Below are positions 27,237 to 64,000 of a stretch of DNA of 64,000 nt, one piece after another. Position 1 is the first letter of the stretch, and each line of letters starts with the position of its first letter. Below the pieces are notes generated by a model. It searched no databases, had not been told where the DNA came from, and was given only the letters and a program-made list of their open reading frames with translations. The position numbers and the translations under genes were made by a program. Origin of the DNA: Chrysomallon squamiferum (Eukaryota > Animalia > Mollusca); NCBI GenBank assembly GCA_012295275.1, contig CM022679.1, forward strand, positions 11,408,001-11,472,000, read 5' to 3'.

Positions 27237-50411
<23,175 letters not shown>

Positions 50412-52120
50412 AGAGATTGGTCCAACATTTTAGATTTCATTTTACATTTTACATGCAGCAGACAATAAAATTTCCCCAACTGTTAAAATTAAAACAACAA
50501 ATTTATCATTGTTTTATTTGAAAAATAATATGTATATTGTTCTTATAAATCTGAGTAAAAAAAAAAAAAAAAAAAAAAAAATAAAATAAAAAAAAATAAA
50601 TATAAATTAACATATTGTTCATGAGAAGCAAAAATAAAAATATGAAGTTTTTTTTATTTAATTTTTGGAATCCAATCTGTTCCAAATGCTGACTTCTTGT
50701 TTCATTGCTCAGTTGTCAAAATATGTATGTGTACATATAAACTGAAACAAAGAAAATATCAAATTATTTTTGTTTATTATAGATGTTACTATTATATACT
50801 GTATGTAATATTATTAGTTAAAAGTCAGTCCCAGCTTATCTAAACTAAACTGATTTGATATAGAATATGACATAACCAGATTAGTCTGTTAATTTGCTTT
50901 ATGTAACAGTATATAAATATTTATAAACATCAATTCATACACATTTATAAACTGCATGGAAATAATTTGTATTTAACTTAACAGCCATCTTGTGTCTGGT
51001 CATTTGAAAGTATTTGTTAGTACAGTGCCATATTTTAGCTGATAATTTTGTTTTACTCTAGAGTGAAATCAAAAGGTCTTCTAGTATGGGGATAGGTAAC
51101 TGTTTTGATGTCAGACTATTTGCATAACTGTAATGACTGATTGTTCTTGAGAATTAAAGTCAAATACTTTACTCATAACTGATCACTTAATTGCCTTTTA
51201 TTGTCCGAATTTGACATTTACTATAAGTTAAACACCTGAAAAATACAAGAATAACAAAATACAGTATTTAACCTTGTAGTTTGTCTTTATGAAAATCCAG
51301 TATTGCTGCATATATTAAAACAATTAAGGAATCATCATTGTTAAGACTTATCTCAGAACTATCATTACAATTCTGGTGATCTTTGTTGTTGTTTTTCCCA
51401 GACATAAAACAGGTTATAAATACACATAATTCTTATATTTACCCCCAATTAGTAAAGGTGTCAAGCAAAAGGAATATATAAATATGTATAGTAAAAAAAA
51501 TAAAAAAATTAAAGATATCTTAAGAAAATATTATAGCATATATAAATCCAAGCAACAGTAACCCTTTGTAATAGCACTGTATTTTTATAACTGAATATTT
51601 ACAATTCTTTTTTTTTAAAGTAAATAATACCCTAACAATAATTTTAAAATCCATCAGCAAATAGTAGATTAATTTATTCTGCCTTTCTCAAACAAACTAA
51701 ATAACATGCTGAATATCATCACAAGCCTTCAGTTAACCCTTTAAGCAAAGTCAAATAGTTCGGCTTCTTGTTGATTGTCCTGTAGATCAGGATTAATTGC
51801 CCACTTTATGCTAAGCAAAAATCTAAATACAGAAACATTTGGTATATACACCATAACAAATTTTCTCAAAATGAAATCATTCAATTTCAGGCTTTTGTTT
51901 TGTTTTCGAACAATAGTTGCAGATAGTCTGAAATTTTGAAACCAATTACATCATTCATTCTTTCAGTTTTTTTCCTAACTGTTCACTCAGAATTATTGTT
52001 TTGGTAGTGCATTCCTTTCTGATTATAGTTGTATTATTTCAAAGCAGATGATTATGGTGAAAATATTCTTAGATATCATAAATTCAGTTGAAAATTGCAA
52101 AAGCCAGCTTCTTGCTTTGT

Positions 52121-55100
52121 TCAATGTTTTCTCTTTTTAGATGGAGGTTCAATAGGAGCTCCTATCAACTTCTTTTCATCATAACCTGAAACAGAAAAAC
52201 ATATCTGAGTTTAAACAATATTCAATGATCAAGATGCTCCTCATAATTAAAAAAAATCAAACAGATGATAAGTATTTAATATTCAAACCTCTTTCCATTC
52301 TTTTTTGGTTTGCTTCTTCTTGAATTTCCTTGATGGCTCGGTTGTCATCCTCCTAGAAATAAAAATAATATTTGAAAAATATTCAACATATTTTTTTTTT
52401 TTTACAAAATATACGTTTTTATCTATTTTATTAAAACACAACAATAATCTTTCTTGTTAACACTGTTTTATATGAAAGAACATACATACACAAATATTTT
52501 TTTATTTTACTTAAATAAAAAGAAATGATAATGGTATTTTGTCAAATATGATTAAGTAAAATATTTACATCTGGGTTTGTCCACAGGGAACAAGCTTTAC
52601 ATTTTTTACAAGTTTCACCAGGCTCCCGAGGGTGACCACAGAAATGATTGTAATCAATCTGAAAGAAAGTAACAAATGATTAACTTCTTGAGTTTTAAAT
52701 TTTAAGTATAAGCATTAGAAATAGCCTTAAATAATATCACTCTTTATTACAATCACAGATGTTTAGAGTACAAAAACAAAATGGAAAAAACACACACTCG
52801 TTATTTGGAATTAACAAAATGTATTTACATTAATTTACATAAACTTGGCTTACAACATTTTCTAAATTACAATCTAAAATAACAAAACAAATAAATCAAC
52901 AGCCTAAATTTTATATTTCATAAAAAGATTTCCTGAGTTACAAAGGCACCCATAAATATCAGTATATTTCATAAGCAGAGAAATCAAACTGAATCTTATT
53001 TAATATAATCAAACTTTTCTCAAATCCATCTTTGAATTATTAAAAACATAATTATATTCAAACTTCTGTCAGTATGTTACCGTATCAAATTAATGAAGGC
53101 ATGTATAAACAAATTAAATGAAAATTTTACATCTGGTTTTCTGCATATGTAACACATAGTGGCACGACAAGTACATATCATTTTGTTACATCCTCCATCT
53201 TTTGTGAACTTATTTTTACATCTGTGACACTGTCTTATCTTTGCCTGTGTCATCTTTTCTTCACTGAGGAAAAACAAAATTATAATTAAAAAAATAATAA
53301 AATAATAATTATAGATAGAACAATAACAGATTTGTTTTCAATAATATAATACATAATTGCTTAAATAGTATTTTACTTTATTTGTTAGTCCAAAAAAAAT
53401 ATATATATATATATGTATGTATATAATATACCAGTAGTTTGCAATTGCATAATTAAAAGATTTCCAGAAAAAAGCATTAAATGTGTAAAATATAAAGCAG
53501 AAACAAATGGTTAGATACTTAACAAAAATGATAAATGTCAGCCTTAAAGATAATGTATCTAGAAATAATATTTGTATCGTTAGAAATTCAGATATCAATC
53601 TCATTGCATTCTTAGATGGGTATCACCATTAACAAAAAATTAAATTATGATAGAAGCAGGCAATACTCTGGTATCATACTGAACCAATAAAATCATAAGA
53701 TACTACAGACATACTGTTGTATCTCCATGTACTCAAAAGGCATTAAACCCAATTTATTCACCTTTTAATTATAAACAAAAGAAAAATGTCTTTTGGTAAA
53801 CATATTTGTTAATTTAAAACTCACTATTGCTTTCTTAGTTTTGATTCATCTTCCTTTTCCAGTTCGTTACAGGGAATGCCAATGTGATCCTTCCAGTCCT
53901 CTTTACAGTATCTACAAGTTTCCTAAAACATTTGAAAGTTAATATTACTCATTTCATGTATCTTCAACCCCACTATTACAATTGTCAAATCATATCACAT
54001 TACTAATATTACAAAGTAATAAATTAATTAATTAAAAATAAATGAAAACCAGAGAAGGTGAAACAAAGTTACCAATAAAAAGTTACTTAATAAATAAAAA
54101 ATATATATATAAAATCTTTAAATATTAATTATTAAAAAAACATACATCTGAAGAAAAAGGAAATTATTACAGTATAATGGTCTATCTATTTCTTTTTTTA
54201 ATCTACAATGTTTTTTGAATGCACTTTCCTAAAACCTGAAAAACAAACATGAATGTGGTATTAACTCAAACAAAAAAAATAGCCTAATGAGAACACTGAA
54301 AAGAAGTAACAAAAACTAGACAAAAATAAATAATTACATACCCGTTTACAAGTTTGGTTCTCACACCTGAAAACTTTATCACCGACTGCTATTATTGCAG
54401 CATAATCACAGTGTGGACATCTGAAATCACAAAATATCTTTAAATATGTGACAGACATAACACAAATTTCACAAATTAAAAAATGAAAGATTCATATTTA
54501 ACACTCAAACTGATATTAAGATGAATATGCTAATAATTTTAAATATTTAAAAAAAAAGAATCTTCTGTACTTATTTGTATACATTCATTTTTATGTGCTA
54601 AAGACAAAAGTATAAAAACGTTAAATTATTTTTAAACCTTTAAAACACTCTGAGTGTAGTTACCTGACAAGATCTTCAAGATTAGCCTGATTGAGATTGG
54701 ACTCTCGAATCCTTTCTTCATACTGATTTAACAGCTTTTCAGGAAGACAGCGTTTCATTTCACCTACAATCATCACAAAATACTTAGTACTATTCAGAAG
54801 TGAAAAAAGCATATACTTATAACAATTTTTCATTCCTATTTATATTTAAGAGATTTTTTGACATTGTTAGACATAAGGACTGATATTTCAAAAGTGTATT
54901 AAAAGGTTAAATTTAAAGTCAATAATCATTATGTATTTAACAATAGTAAATTTAAAAATGACACAAAATATATTGCCCAAGTTAAAACTTACTCATGGGG
55001 AAGTTTGATTCACAGTCTGTGGCCATGCAGGCTAAACCAAGCTGAAAGAAATTAAGAATATTAATATAATTATACTAATTTAAGCATTTTATTATTATTA

Positions 55101-55413
55101 ATGATATAAAAGAAAAATTGTAACAAATATTAAGATCTAACAGTTCTGACAAAAATAATGAAAAGATTAAATAGCATTAACTAATTCTTTGAAAATGTTA
55201 ATAGAGACATCTGACTTTAATTAGAATTTTACAAAACAAAAGTTGAAAAGTAATTAATTACAAGATATGTGTTTTTAAATGAAGACAAATTCAATGATTT
55301 ATAATAGCTGTATCATAATAACTAAAATGATGCATTATTATAAATTATGACTGATAAAACAAAAGCCAGCATATGTGTGATCAATGCACTGGTCAATACT
55401 TTGCCATATAATG

Positions 55414-55453
<40 letters not shown>

Positions 55454-56836
55454 CAAATTACGTTATTGTCTTTTTCAGCTGTTAAAAAAAAGTAAGTATA
55501 CAAGAGTTGCTTTGGCAGATTTCATAACTGATTATAATTTATTTTTCTTGACTTTGACAAATACTTATCTCCAAAGAACTAACCTTTCCTGATCCATACA
55601 CAGCCTCTTTTGCATAGTTCAACAAGCATTCTGTACAAAACAAGTGACCTTCATAACACTGGACCATACTTTCAAATGTGTGTTCTCCATAGCAACAGTT
55701 ACACTCAATCAGTTGTCCATTGTCTTCATACTCATTCTCGTTGAGCTGCCAGGCATACTTTTTATCAGCTTCCTACAGAATAATAATAACAATAACACAA
55801 AGAAAGTATGAATATTTTATCCTTTTCTCAGATTATTTCTAGTATGCTGCATACTATTTTGTGTGCATTTGTATGTGCTGATGGGAATTTATGGCTGTGC
55901 CTATGGTGAGTGTATGCATAACGTGAATTTTTAATAATACTCTCTAAACCTAGTTATATAAGCAGCCATTTAAATATCCACTGTAACAACAGTTTAGCTG
56001 GAGAACCATTCTTAAATGTAACTAATGTTTTACTTTACTCAGGAAAGATAACAGATTTTTACTGAATACTCTCAACACTGCATAAACTAAGCATAATAAT
56101 CTATTCACAAATAAATGGCAAAAGCACAGAACCAAGATATTCATATAAAACTAATGAAATTTCAAGTTTCAGTATTTTAACAATGACAAGAAGCCAAAGA
56201 GAAAGTGGTACCTCTTTTTCTGTTTTCAATTTTTTCTTGACAAAACAGATTTCACTTTCAAGCTGATTATTTAATGCAGGCATCAGTTTCATTGGTCGTT
56301 TTCCTTTTAGCAAATTGAAAACCTCAGTAGAAGTGGTACCATCTGTCAAAAAAATAATAAAAAATACAAAAATAATATAATTTTGGTTTCAGATGTTAAA
56401 TATTTTAAAGTTTTTGGGGGTGTTAATAAACAGAAGTATGGTAAAAAATTAAAAATTAAAAAATAAAACAATCAACAGAGACAAAGGCAATAAAATTAAA
56501 TAAAATTGAAACTGATTACATTTATTTAAATTAACTGTTAAAATTACATTAATTAAAACTGTCTGATGTGAAATATTAAAAAAAAAAAAAAAAATAGCAA
56601 TTCTTAAGACACACCTTTTGGATATAAAATTTGATTCTATAATCCTTAGAAAGTATTAAAACTCAAAAATAATCCTACAATGTATTTAAAAAATAATAAT
56701 AATAATTTGATTAAACAAAGCAACTTACTTTGTTCCACTTTTACTTCAATTTGTTTTGGTGCCATGCGTTTAGCTGTTAGATCTGCTGGATCTATATGAA
56801 AACACAATGTAAAAATAAACATATATATGTATATAT

Positions 56837-56874
<38 letters not shown>

Positions 56875-57316
56875 TTTGCAGGTTAATTAAATTGTGATTA
56901 GAAATTTGTATCACTTAAACTATATAAACAGAACAGAAGATAAAAAATGGATTAATAAAGTAATGTAATTGAATCTAATTATTTTTATAACATATATAAT
57001 TATGTTTACCTGTATTATTATAGGCCTGTTCCATTGCATCAAAAAAAGCTTTGTAAGTTGGTGCATAATGTCCATTAAAACGTCTAAGTATCACCGTTAT
57101 GTCTTTAACTGACACCTAACAATAAATACAGTTAAAAATAATAAACATTTTACTGTTCAAGGGGAAATTGTTATTTTTTATGTTACAGAACTGAAACTTC
57201 ATGGAAATAATCTAGTGCTAGCTTATTTATTTATAACAAATGGTTACTTTTATGCTTGGTTTTTTTTAAATAACAGAGTGCCCCATTTCATGAACCTCTC
57301 CAACCCAAACCAATAT

Positions 57317-57357
<41 letters not shown>

Positions 57358-60300
57358 AAGATAGATAGATATACATTCAAACTGCTGGGGTTCATCATAG
57401 ACATGTATTTATACTAAACAACCAAAAGAAATTAGTCTTTCTTTACATACTTCAAAAGAAATAATGTTTAAAAATCATTTAATACATTTATTAATCATAT
57501 TCTGAAACAACAGAAATTGTTATAAAGGTTATAAGAAAAAAAAAAGTAAATTTTTCCAAGATTTTCTTTCTGTCATTTTGTAGTGTTTGTTTTTAAATAT
57601 AATATAATTTATATATGTTCCAAATTTGGAAATTCTAGCACAAATAGGTTTCATACAGTATCTTTCCAAAAATGTTAGGATAGTACAGTATTTCCACTTA
57701 TTATGGCTGTAGGGATGAGTTTGTGCATCATTATTATGTAATCTGTCTATACACTTCCTTTTTAGGTACATTTTTTAAAACTAAAAAACAATTTTGTTTA
57801 TTTAAATGATGTCATTTTTTTTGCTTGGTTTGTCCCCTTAAACAACTGTAAATATGAATGGATATAAAATGACAGACAGCACATTGCCTGAAAAATATAC
57901 ATTTATAATAAAATATTCTTAGAAAAAAAAAAAAAATTATAATGTCAAGAAAGTTATAATTTTACAAAACAATATTTAAAAACCTTTTTCCACCTAATAA
58001 ATCTCATTTCATATTAGAGAGATAATCTACTACATTTTATGCTCAAATCAGAATAATTATAAATATTGAGATGTGATGTTTAAAATTCATTATCAATTCT
58101 TACATTTTATTATTTTGTTTAATTAATATTCAATTTGACATCAAATATTTGTAATCTTTGACACAGCAATAGCAGCAAAAATCATTTATTTACTATTGTA
58201 GGTGCTGGTGCTATATTCCATATAAAGAATAGCTTAAACATTAGAAGTAATAAAAGTGAAATTAGACTTGAAAAATAATGTAATGAATATTTAGCAGAAA
58301 TTTTGACATATTAACTATCACAAGTAAGAAATGAATTATGCATTATTTTGGCTGTAAATATCAACAAATGATCAATTTTTAAAAAAAGCTGTATCTCTGA
58401 ATTTCATATTCTGAATCATTATAAATGTAACAATTTGATTTTACCTTTTGGAATTCATTTTGCAATAATTTTTCACATACTTCCTTTGAATATGTGCAAT
58501 CAATATGGTCATAATCTTTAAAATAGTCAACACTGTTGTCACTTATTTTCTGTCAAAAAAGAAAAGACATAAAGATTTGTAATAATCAAAATATTTAAAA
58601 AAAAAAGATTTGATAGATCTGGTGTTGTTCTGTTTAATAAATGAAAATAAAATAGTTTTTCCATTAATTATTATTGGATTTGAGTTGATTTATACACTTC
58701 AAATGTCCAATAACTATTTAAAATGTTGTGGAGTATGGTTTGATTTTGAAGTGTAAGAACAAATAAATCCCAGTTTAAAAGAGATCTTTTATTTTTGTAA
58801 TTCTGTAGGTTTTTTTTTAGGTTTTTTTGTTTGTTTTTTAAAAACACTTATTGCAATTATTAACATGTATTCACAAACACGCACACACAAATACACATAC
58901 AGATACTATGTATCAGTGTTATTTTATTTTTTGCTTGTTTAAATTAACTATCTGCATGATCCTTTCTACATTTGTTCATATAATTTTTACTTTTACAATT
59001 CCATTATATAGCTTCAATATTGTGAAATCTATTCTTGATCAAGTTTTAAGTAATTGTTGTCATTAACACTTTTATTACTTACCTCTTTTTGTGTGTTTTT
59101 ATTTGCTTTCTGAATTCTTGGATAGTTTGGATGTTCTAATAAGACATTACAGACATTGTTGACAGAATCTGGACCAAAATGAAGTCGAAGCAAATCTGTA
59201 ACATAGGTAGGCTCAACATCCGGAAAGAGTTGAATCTATGATGTTAAAAATAAAGTTAAAATCAAAATAGTTTACACCTAGCTTTACTTTTACTAAATAT
59301 ATTATATTCATTTTAAAAAATAATAATTATTATTATAATATTAATAAATAAATAAATAATTTATTGATTATTAACTATTAAAAAAAGAAAGACCAAACAA
59401 TATTGTTGGGTTGTTTTTTGATTTTTTGGTTTTTTATCCCAATACAAAGATGGTAAAAAAACATTAGAATGAAAGAAGACAATAAATATCAGCCTTAATT
59501 TATTTGCATGTAGTATGTTAAAATATTTTTAAAATTATAACAGTATTCTGTGGTTCCTAAAGTATGCAACATCACCCCCATGAAGTTAATTAAAATTGCT
59601 GCTGTAGTATCTTTCACCCAGAGGGCAATGTACAGTATTATGGAAAGGGTTTCGATAATAATTTGGGCTGGATATATGAAGACAGGGAGCCAAAGTAGTA
59701 GTTTCCCAAAAAGAGGTTTGAGAAGCACTGATGTAGATGAATGCTGATAACTGGAACATTTTGGATTACCACTTCATGCTTCAACTTTTCCACCTCTTCT
59801 GCAACTGAGTCCTGATGGTACTCGGGCATTGTATTCACATTAAAAGGATTACTGTTAAAATCAAAAATATTAATATTTTTATAATCATTGTGATTGCTAT
59901 AGCACAAATGTAAACCTAAACAACTATACAATAACATAATTACTGATAATAATGACAGCAAGTTTTCCAAATAATCTTTTCTTTAAAACTTTAAAAATAA
60001 AAAATCAATTGCTTTAAATGAAATTAAGTATCAAATTAGAATGCCTTAATTTTAATGTTAGTTTATTCAAAGTAATTCATTTATTTTAAAACCAATAGAT
60101 ATAACAAACAAATATGTAAAAATATGTTAATAAAAAATACATATAATACTAACAAGTTATTGTAAACAATGAACACTATTCAGTAATTTGGGATTGTTAC
60201 GGAAAAACTGGAGTCAAACATTTACCCTTCATTCCACACCTCTCTCAGGAGAGGAATTAAATCTAATCTAAAATTTGTGAACATATAGCATGAATGTATA

Positions 60301-62682
60301 TGCTTTAAATTGCTAATAACAAGTGAAACCAACAGACTGCAGCAGGCAACACTTGGAGATATTGCCTGATGCAGATACAAAAATCAGGACTTCTGTTGAT
60401 TTGTACATATATATGTCACTCTGTCACTAATAAAGAAAGAAAGTATAAGCTGAACTGAACTGATATTATTCATGACCTTTAACCTGTTAATTGACTGGCT
60501 TACCTTGCAGCATAATTAAAAAGATGATCAGACACAACTAATTTATCATGATCCTAAGCAAAGTAATTAAATGATTTTTATTATATGATTGTATCATTTT
60601 ATATTTCACTATATATGCCATTTATCTTTAAAGTATATTGCAATTACATTCAGCTAAAATGTTGATAATAGTTAGTCTTAACAGGTGCCAACAGAAAAAT
60701 TTACTCAAATGAACATTATTCACCAGAGGCTTTATCCAAGCACAACACTATTCATAAAACAGCCACAAGATTTTATAATGTGAAAGCTAATCTAGATCCA
60801 TATTAAATACTTACACAAGATTATATGGTATGTAATAATATGTATTTTAAATTTTTTAAATAAACACACACAGATATACACACACATAAAACCCAGTGAA
60901 AACTTTACAAGGCAAAATTATGAAAATAGGTTTTAGAAATATTTGTATAGGGGGTGTTCTATAAAAAACACATTTGTTTTATTGTTTTGGTGTAAAACTA
61001 AAAGTCTTCAGAAAGATTAGTTACCTGTTTACTAATGAAATATCTGGACTTGAGAATGAAGAAAATGAATTTTGATTAATATTTTGGCTGACTTCTTGTG
61101 ATATAAATTGTCCCCAGGGACTGGTAAATTTTTGACTTCCTGATTTCTCTGCAAAGATTTCACCTTGAGTGGGAATGGATGAATCAAAACCCTCTGATTT
61201 GCTTGTTCCAGTTTGCACTTTTGAACTGTTATTTACTCCACTTAATTTAAAATGATTGTTTGTATCCACCATTGTCACTGATATATTTCCTTTGTTATCT
61301 TGTGCTGATGAAGGAAATGCTTTCTGCAAACCTGTGCCTACATTGAGTGGTGTTGAGCAGTTACTGCCTGATCCTGCCACACTAACCCCACCATTGCTAA
61401 ACATAGTTACTTTGCCAAACACTGGACTTGCACTGAGTGGTCCTACAATTCCATTAACTGAATTGCAGCAAGTACTTGGAATGATACTTCTTGCTTTTTT
61501 AAGATTAAAGTTAGTAGATTCTCTAGTTGAAGCTGAGGTCACTGATGAACTATTTATAAAGGAAGACTGTGCATTTATAGCTGAACTGTCTGTTGTCATG
61601 AAATTTGTAGTTGAAGTGTCTGATGACATGAAATCTGTTCCTTGATTTGACTCCCAAAAATGTTTATTGTTTTCTTCAGATTGCAATAATGTATCTTTTG
61701 TTATTGTACATGGTAATGTTTTTTTTGTAACAGTTTTGTCATGGGATGAAAATTTGTTGTGTATAAACTTTGAAGCCTTGATAATGTCTTTGAATTCTGA
61801 ACCCTTGGTTCTGTCTTTGAAATCTGAATCAGTAAATAGCATCTGGTTAGTATTTGGCAAAACTACATTTGTTTTCTGTGATTTTGCCATATCCATTTTA
61901 ACTGCAAAAATAAACCATTAACAGTAAAATACAAGCAAATAAAAAAATGTATAAAAGCATATATATTCAGTTGCTCACTTTCATATTTTATTTAAAACAT
62001 ATTTAAATAGTTCAACATAAATGAACATAATCAATTAAATTTACACTTGCCTATACTAACAATACAGGTATCAAACCATTTATTTGGCATTTGAACTGAT
62101 GCATACAACCTGGAAACCAAATCAAAGCTGCCAATGTGAAAACTACAGCAGCACCTGTAAAGCTGTTTGACAGTTTGTCAAATTCAAAAGTAGGCTAAGT
62201 AGCCAGATTCAAAAATATTTTTTATTTTTTTATTTTCAAGATTTCTGAAAGCTGGATAAATAACTGTTAAACATAAATGTCTCCCAAACCAATATTTGTA
62301 AAAATGTTCAGGCTCTGATTGAAATAATTATTATACTACAAACATAAAAAGTCTTACCATCATCATCAGAATCCACAATTACTGTAAAATTCTTAAAGTC
62401 TATGTCCTGTTGCTTCCTTCTGATAATTTCATTTGATTTATGTACTCCAGTCACATATCCTTCTAAACTTTGGGTATATTCTGCTGTAGCTGTCTCTAAT
62501 ATACTGCTTTGATCAAGTATAAAATTTGTACATTGTTGGAGCAGGACCTGAGAGTCAGACATATCTAGTCTCTCAGTTTCAAAGCCCACAACAGCTTCAA
62601 CTGCATATTGATCATGATATGGAAAAATCTGCTTAAGTTGATCAACTACCCATTTTTGTGAATTTGTAAATGTTTCGAACAT
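52121..62682 (-). CDS. RNF216: RBR E3 ubiquitin ligase RNF216/TRIAD3 (~902 aa, 17 coding exons)
   Basis: Exons 62682-62358, 61901-61025, 59851-59770, 59235-59083, 58549-58445, 57115-57010, 56791-56729, 56342-56212, 55772-55584, 55041-54993, 54763-54664, 54420-54342, 53922-53825, 53263-53131, 52658-52569, 52352-52289, 52185-52121 (2709 nt, in frame). Motifs [11 protein letters not shown]...GHLFC...[11 protein letters not shown] (RING1), CPHCDYAA...C (IBR), [15 protein letters not shown]...GCNKMICTC...MCYICR...HFCGHPR (RING2), CSLWTNP, IGAP are diagnostic of RNF216. The start codon is uncertain; an upstream exon near 63607-63674 could extend it. Confidence 0.93.
57317..57371. repeat. (GATA)n tetranucleotide microsatellite
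   Basis: Near-perfect TAGA run in an RNF216 intron. Confidence 0.95.
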
Positions 62683-63389
62683 TCCAAAATATTCTCTGAA
62701 AGAAAAAAAGAGAGAAAAAATATTAAGCAATATTAAATTATTTTCTGTGCAAAGTATATAAAAATGTTGGCTTCTCTTCTGATAAAATTATAATATATAT
62801 ATATATATTAATGAAATCTAAGCTTTTAACTGATAATGGTTTCATTGTAATAACACAACAAATAAATCACATTATTTTACCACTTCCATGTTACTATTTA
62901 TAGTTACTACAGACAAATCAACAAATAAACATATACATTTTTTTTTAAGTATATATATCTACAGAAAAATTAAACATATTCGAAATGTTTACTTTACCAT
63001 TTCACTATCCTCTCTTAAATGAATCTTTTGTTAACAGTACTGTTCTGGTAAGACAACAGAGTTTAAATGTGTTTTGCATATCATCAAGTTACATTTTATT
63101 TAATTTTGCAATATCACAGAATAATATTAAAAATCAAAAAAATCTGAGTCTGCCATTTTTCTATTGTGACAACATAGTTTGCATGGGAGATTAATTTATT
63201 CTAACATTTCTGCTAGTAACACCAGAAACATATATATTTACTGGGTATTTTCCTTGTTATATTGAAAAGTTTGGTCCAAAAAGAAATTCATTCGCCATTG
63301 TATGTCATTTATTAATGTATATTATTATATGAAGTATATTACATAGAGAAAAAATAAATTCTGTAAAGTTAATTGCATTAAGTTTATAT

Positions 63390-63432
<43 letters not shown>

Positions 63433-63449
63433 TATAAATTATAATTATC

Positions 63450-63870
63450 GCAATCATTTAAATTATTCTTCTTCGTATCATCTGAATGGAATAAACTAAT
63501 GCATATACAGGTGTATACTTATAAGGATTCCAACCGTTTATCTGGTTATTATAGCTGTCTAACGTGTTACTTTCAATTTCGGAACTCTGGTATGTTACCT
63601 CAATACCTGGGACACACTGAACCGTGAATAGTGAACCCAGCTTCCCGAACTTTCCAAGGTGTCGGCATATTCATATTAAATAATACAAAAATTATTAAAA
63701 AGCGAAAAAGAGCATCATTATATGTGCTCAAAGGAAATTACCTCAGCGAAGTCATCATTTTTGGCGATCAGTCTGCTATACAGTATACTACTTGCGCTTT
63801 TATATTTAAAACACATACTACCATATTTGTTTTTGTTTCTGTGGTACGATGAGCCAATCAAACCTGAGGG
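63450..63870 (-). promoter_or_regulatory. CpG-containing promoter / first exon of RNF216
   Basis: CpG reappears abruptly; minus-strand donors at 63599 (AG|GTAAC) and 63607 (AG|GTATT); TTCCCGAAC / TTCGGAAC motifs. Confidence 0.5.
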
Positions 63871-64000
63871 TCACATGTTCTATAAGTTAATATTTTTTAT
63901 TTGATTTGATTTATTATTTTAAATAATGTAAATACATAATTATTCAAAAAAGAAAGTGAAACAATGTTTCCACTGTGGTCCTGAGGAAAATGATCACGGA

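Noticed and set aside
54631-54911. Imperfect inverted repeat (TTTAAACCTTTAAAACACT / AGTGTATTAAAAGGTTAAA) flanking an RNF216 exon
   Set aside because: 16/19 match in very AT-rich sequence; the enclosed exon is an ancestral conserved one, so a transposon origin is implausible and chance is likely.
59495-59769. ORF extensions beyond the RNF216 exon at 59851-59770
   Set aside because: Intron read-through; the GTG|GTAATC donor keeps frame with the next conserved exon (IQLFPDVEP).
61256-61921. Plus-strand ORFs of 129 and 84 aa
   Set aside because: Antisense shadows of the 877-nt Ser/Thr/Asn-rich RNF216 exon; no independent splice signals or motifs.

Overview
Very AT-rich, microsatellite-dense eukaryotic (animal) genomic DNA with spliced genes. 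It looks lophotrochozoan or molluscan, possibly octopod, but that is an inference from composition and gene families only. Reading the exons by hand gives seven genes. (1) The 5' part of a minus-strand C-type lectin gene runs off the left edge. (2-3) Two tandem, six-exon, secreted trypsin-fold pseudoproteases both carry His57->Gln and Ser195->Leu plus an extra Cys pair. (4) A 189-aa orphan protein has an N-myristoylation-type start, a polybasic stretch, (KHG/KHD)n and YPPP repeats. (5) COX18. (6) A ~37-exon Tequila/GRAAL/SVH-1-like modular serine protease reads signal-basic-SRCR-CTL-kringle-LDLa-PAN-LDLa-8xSRCR-trypsin. (7) RNF216/TRIAD3 lies on the minus strand. The most striking structure is inside the modular protease: two different, phase-matched (1->2) exons each encode the linker Cys, activation site and catalytic His, ahead of one shared set of Asp/Ser exons, i.e. 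a candidate mutually exclusive 'activation-site swap' cassette. Two MITEs and several decayed LINE fragments are also visible. All gene models are hand-derived and lack transcript support.
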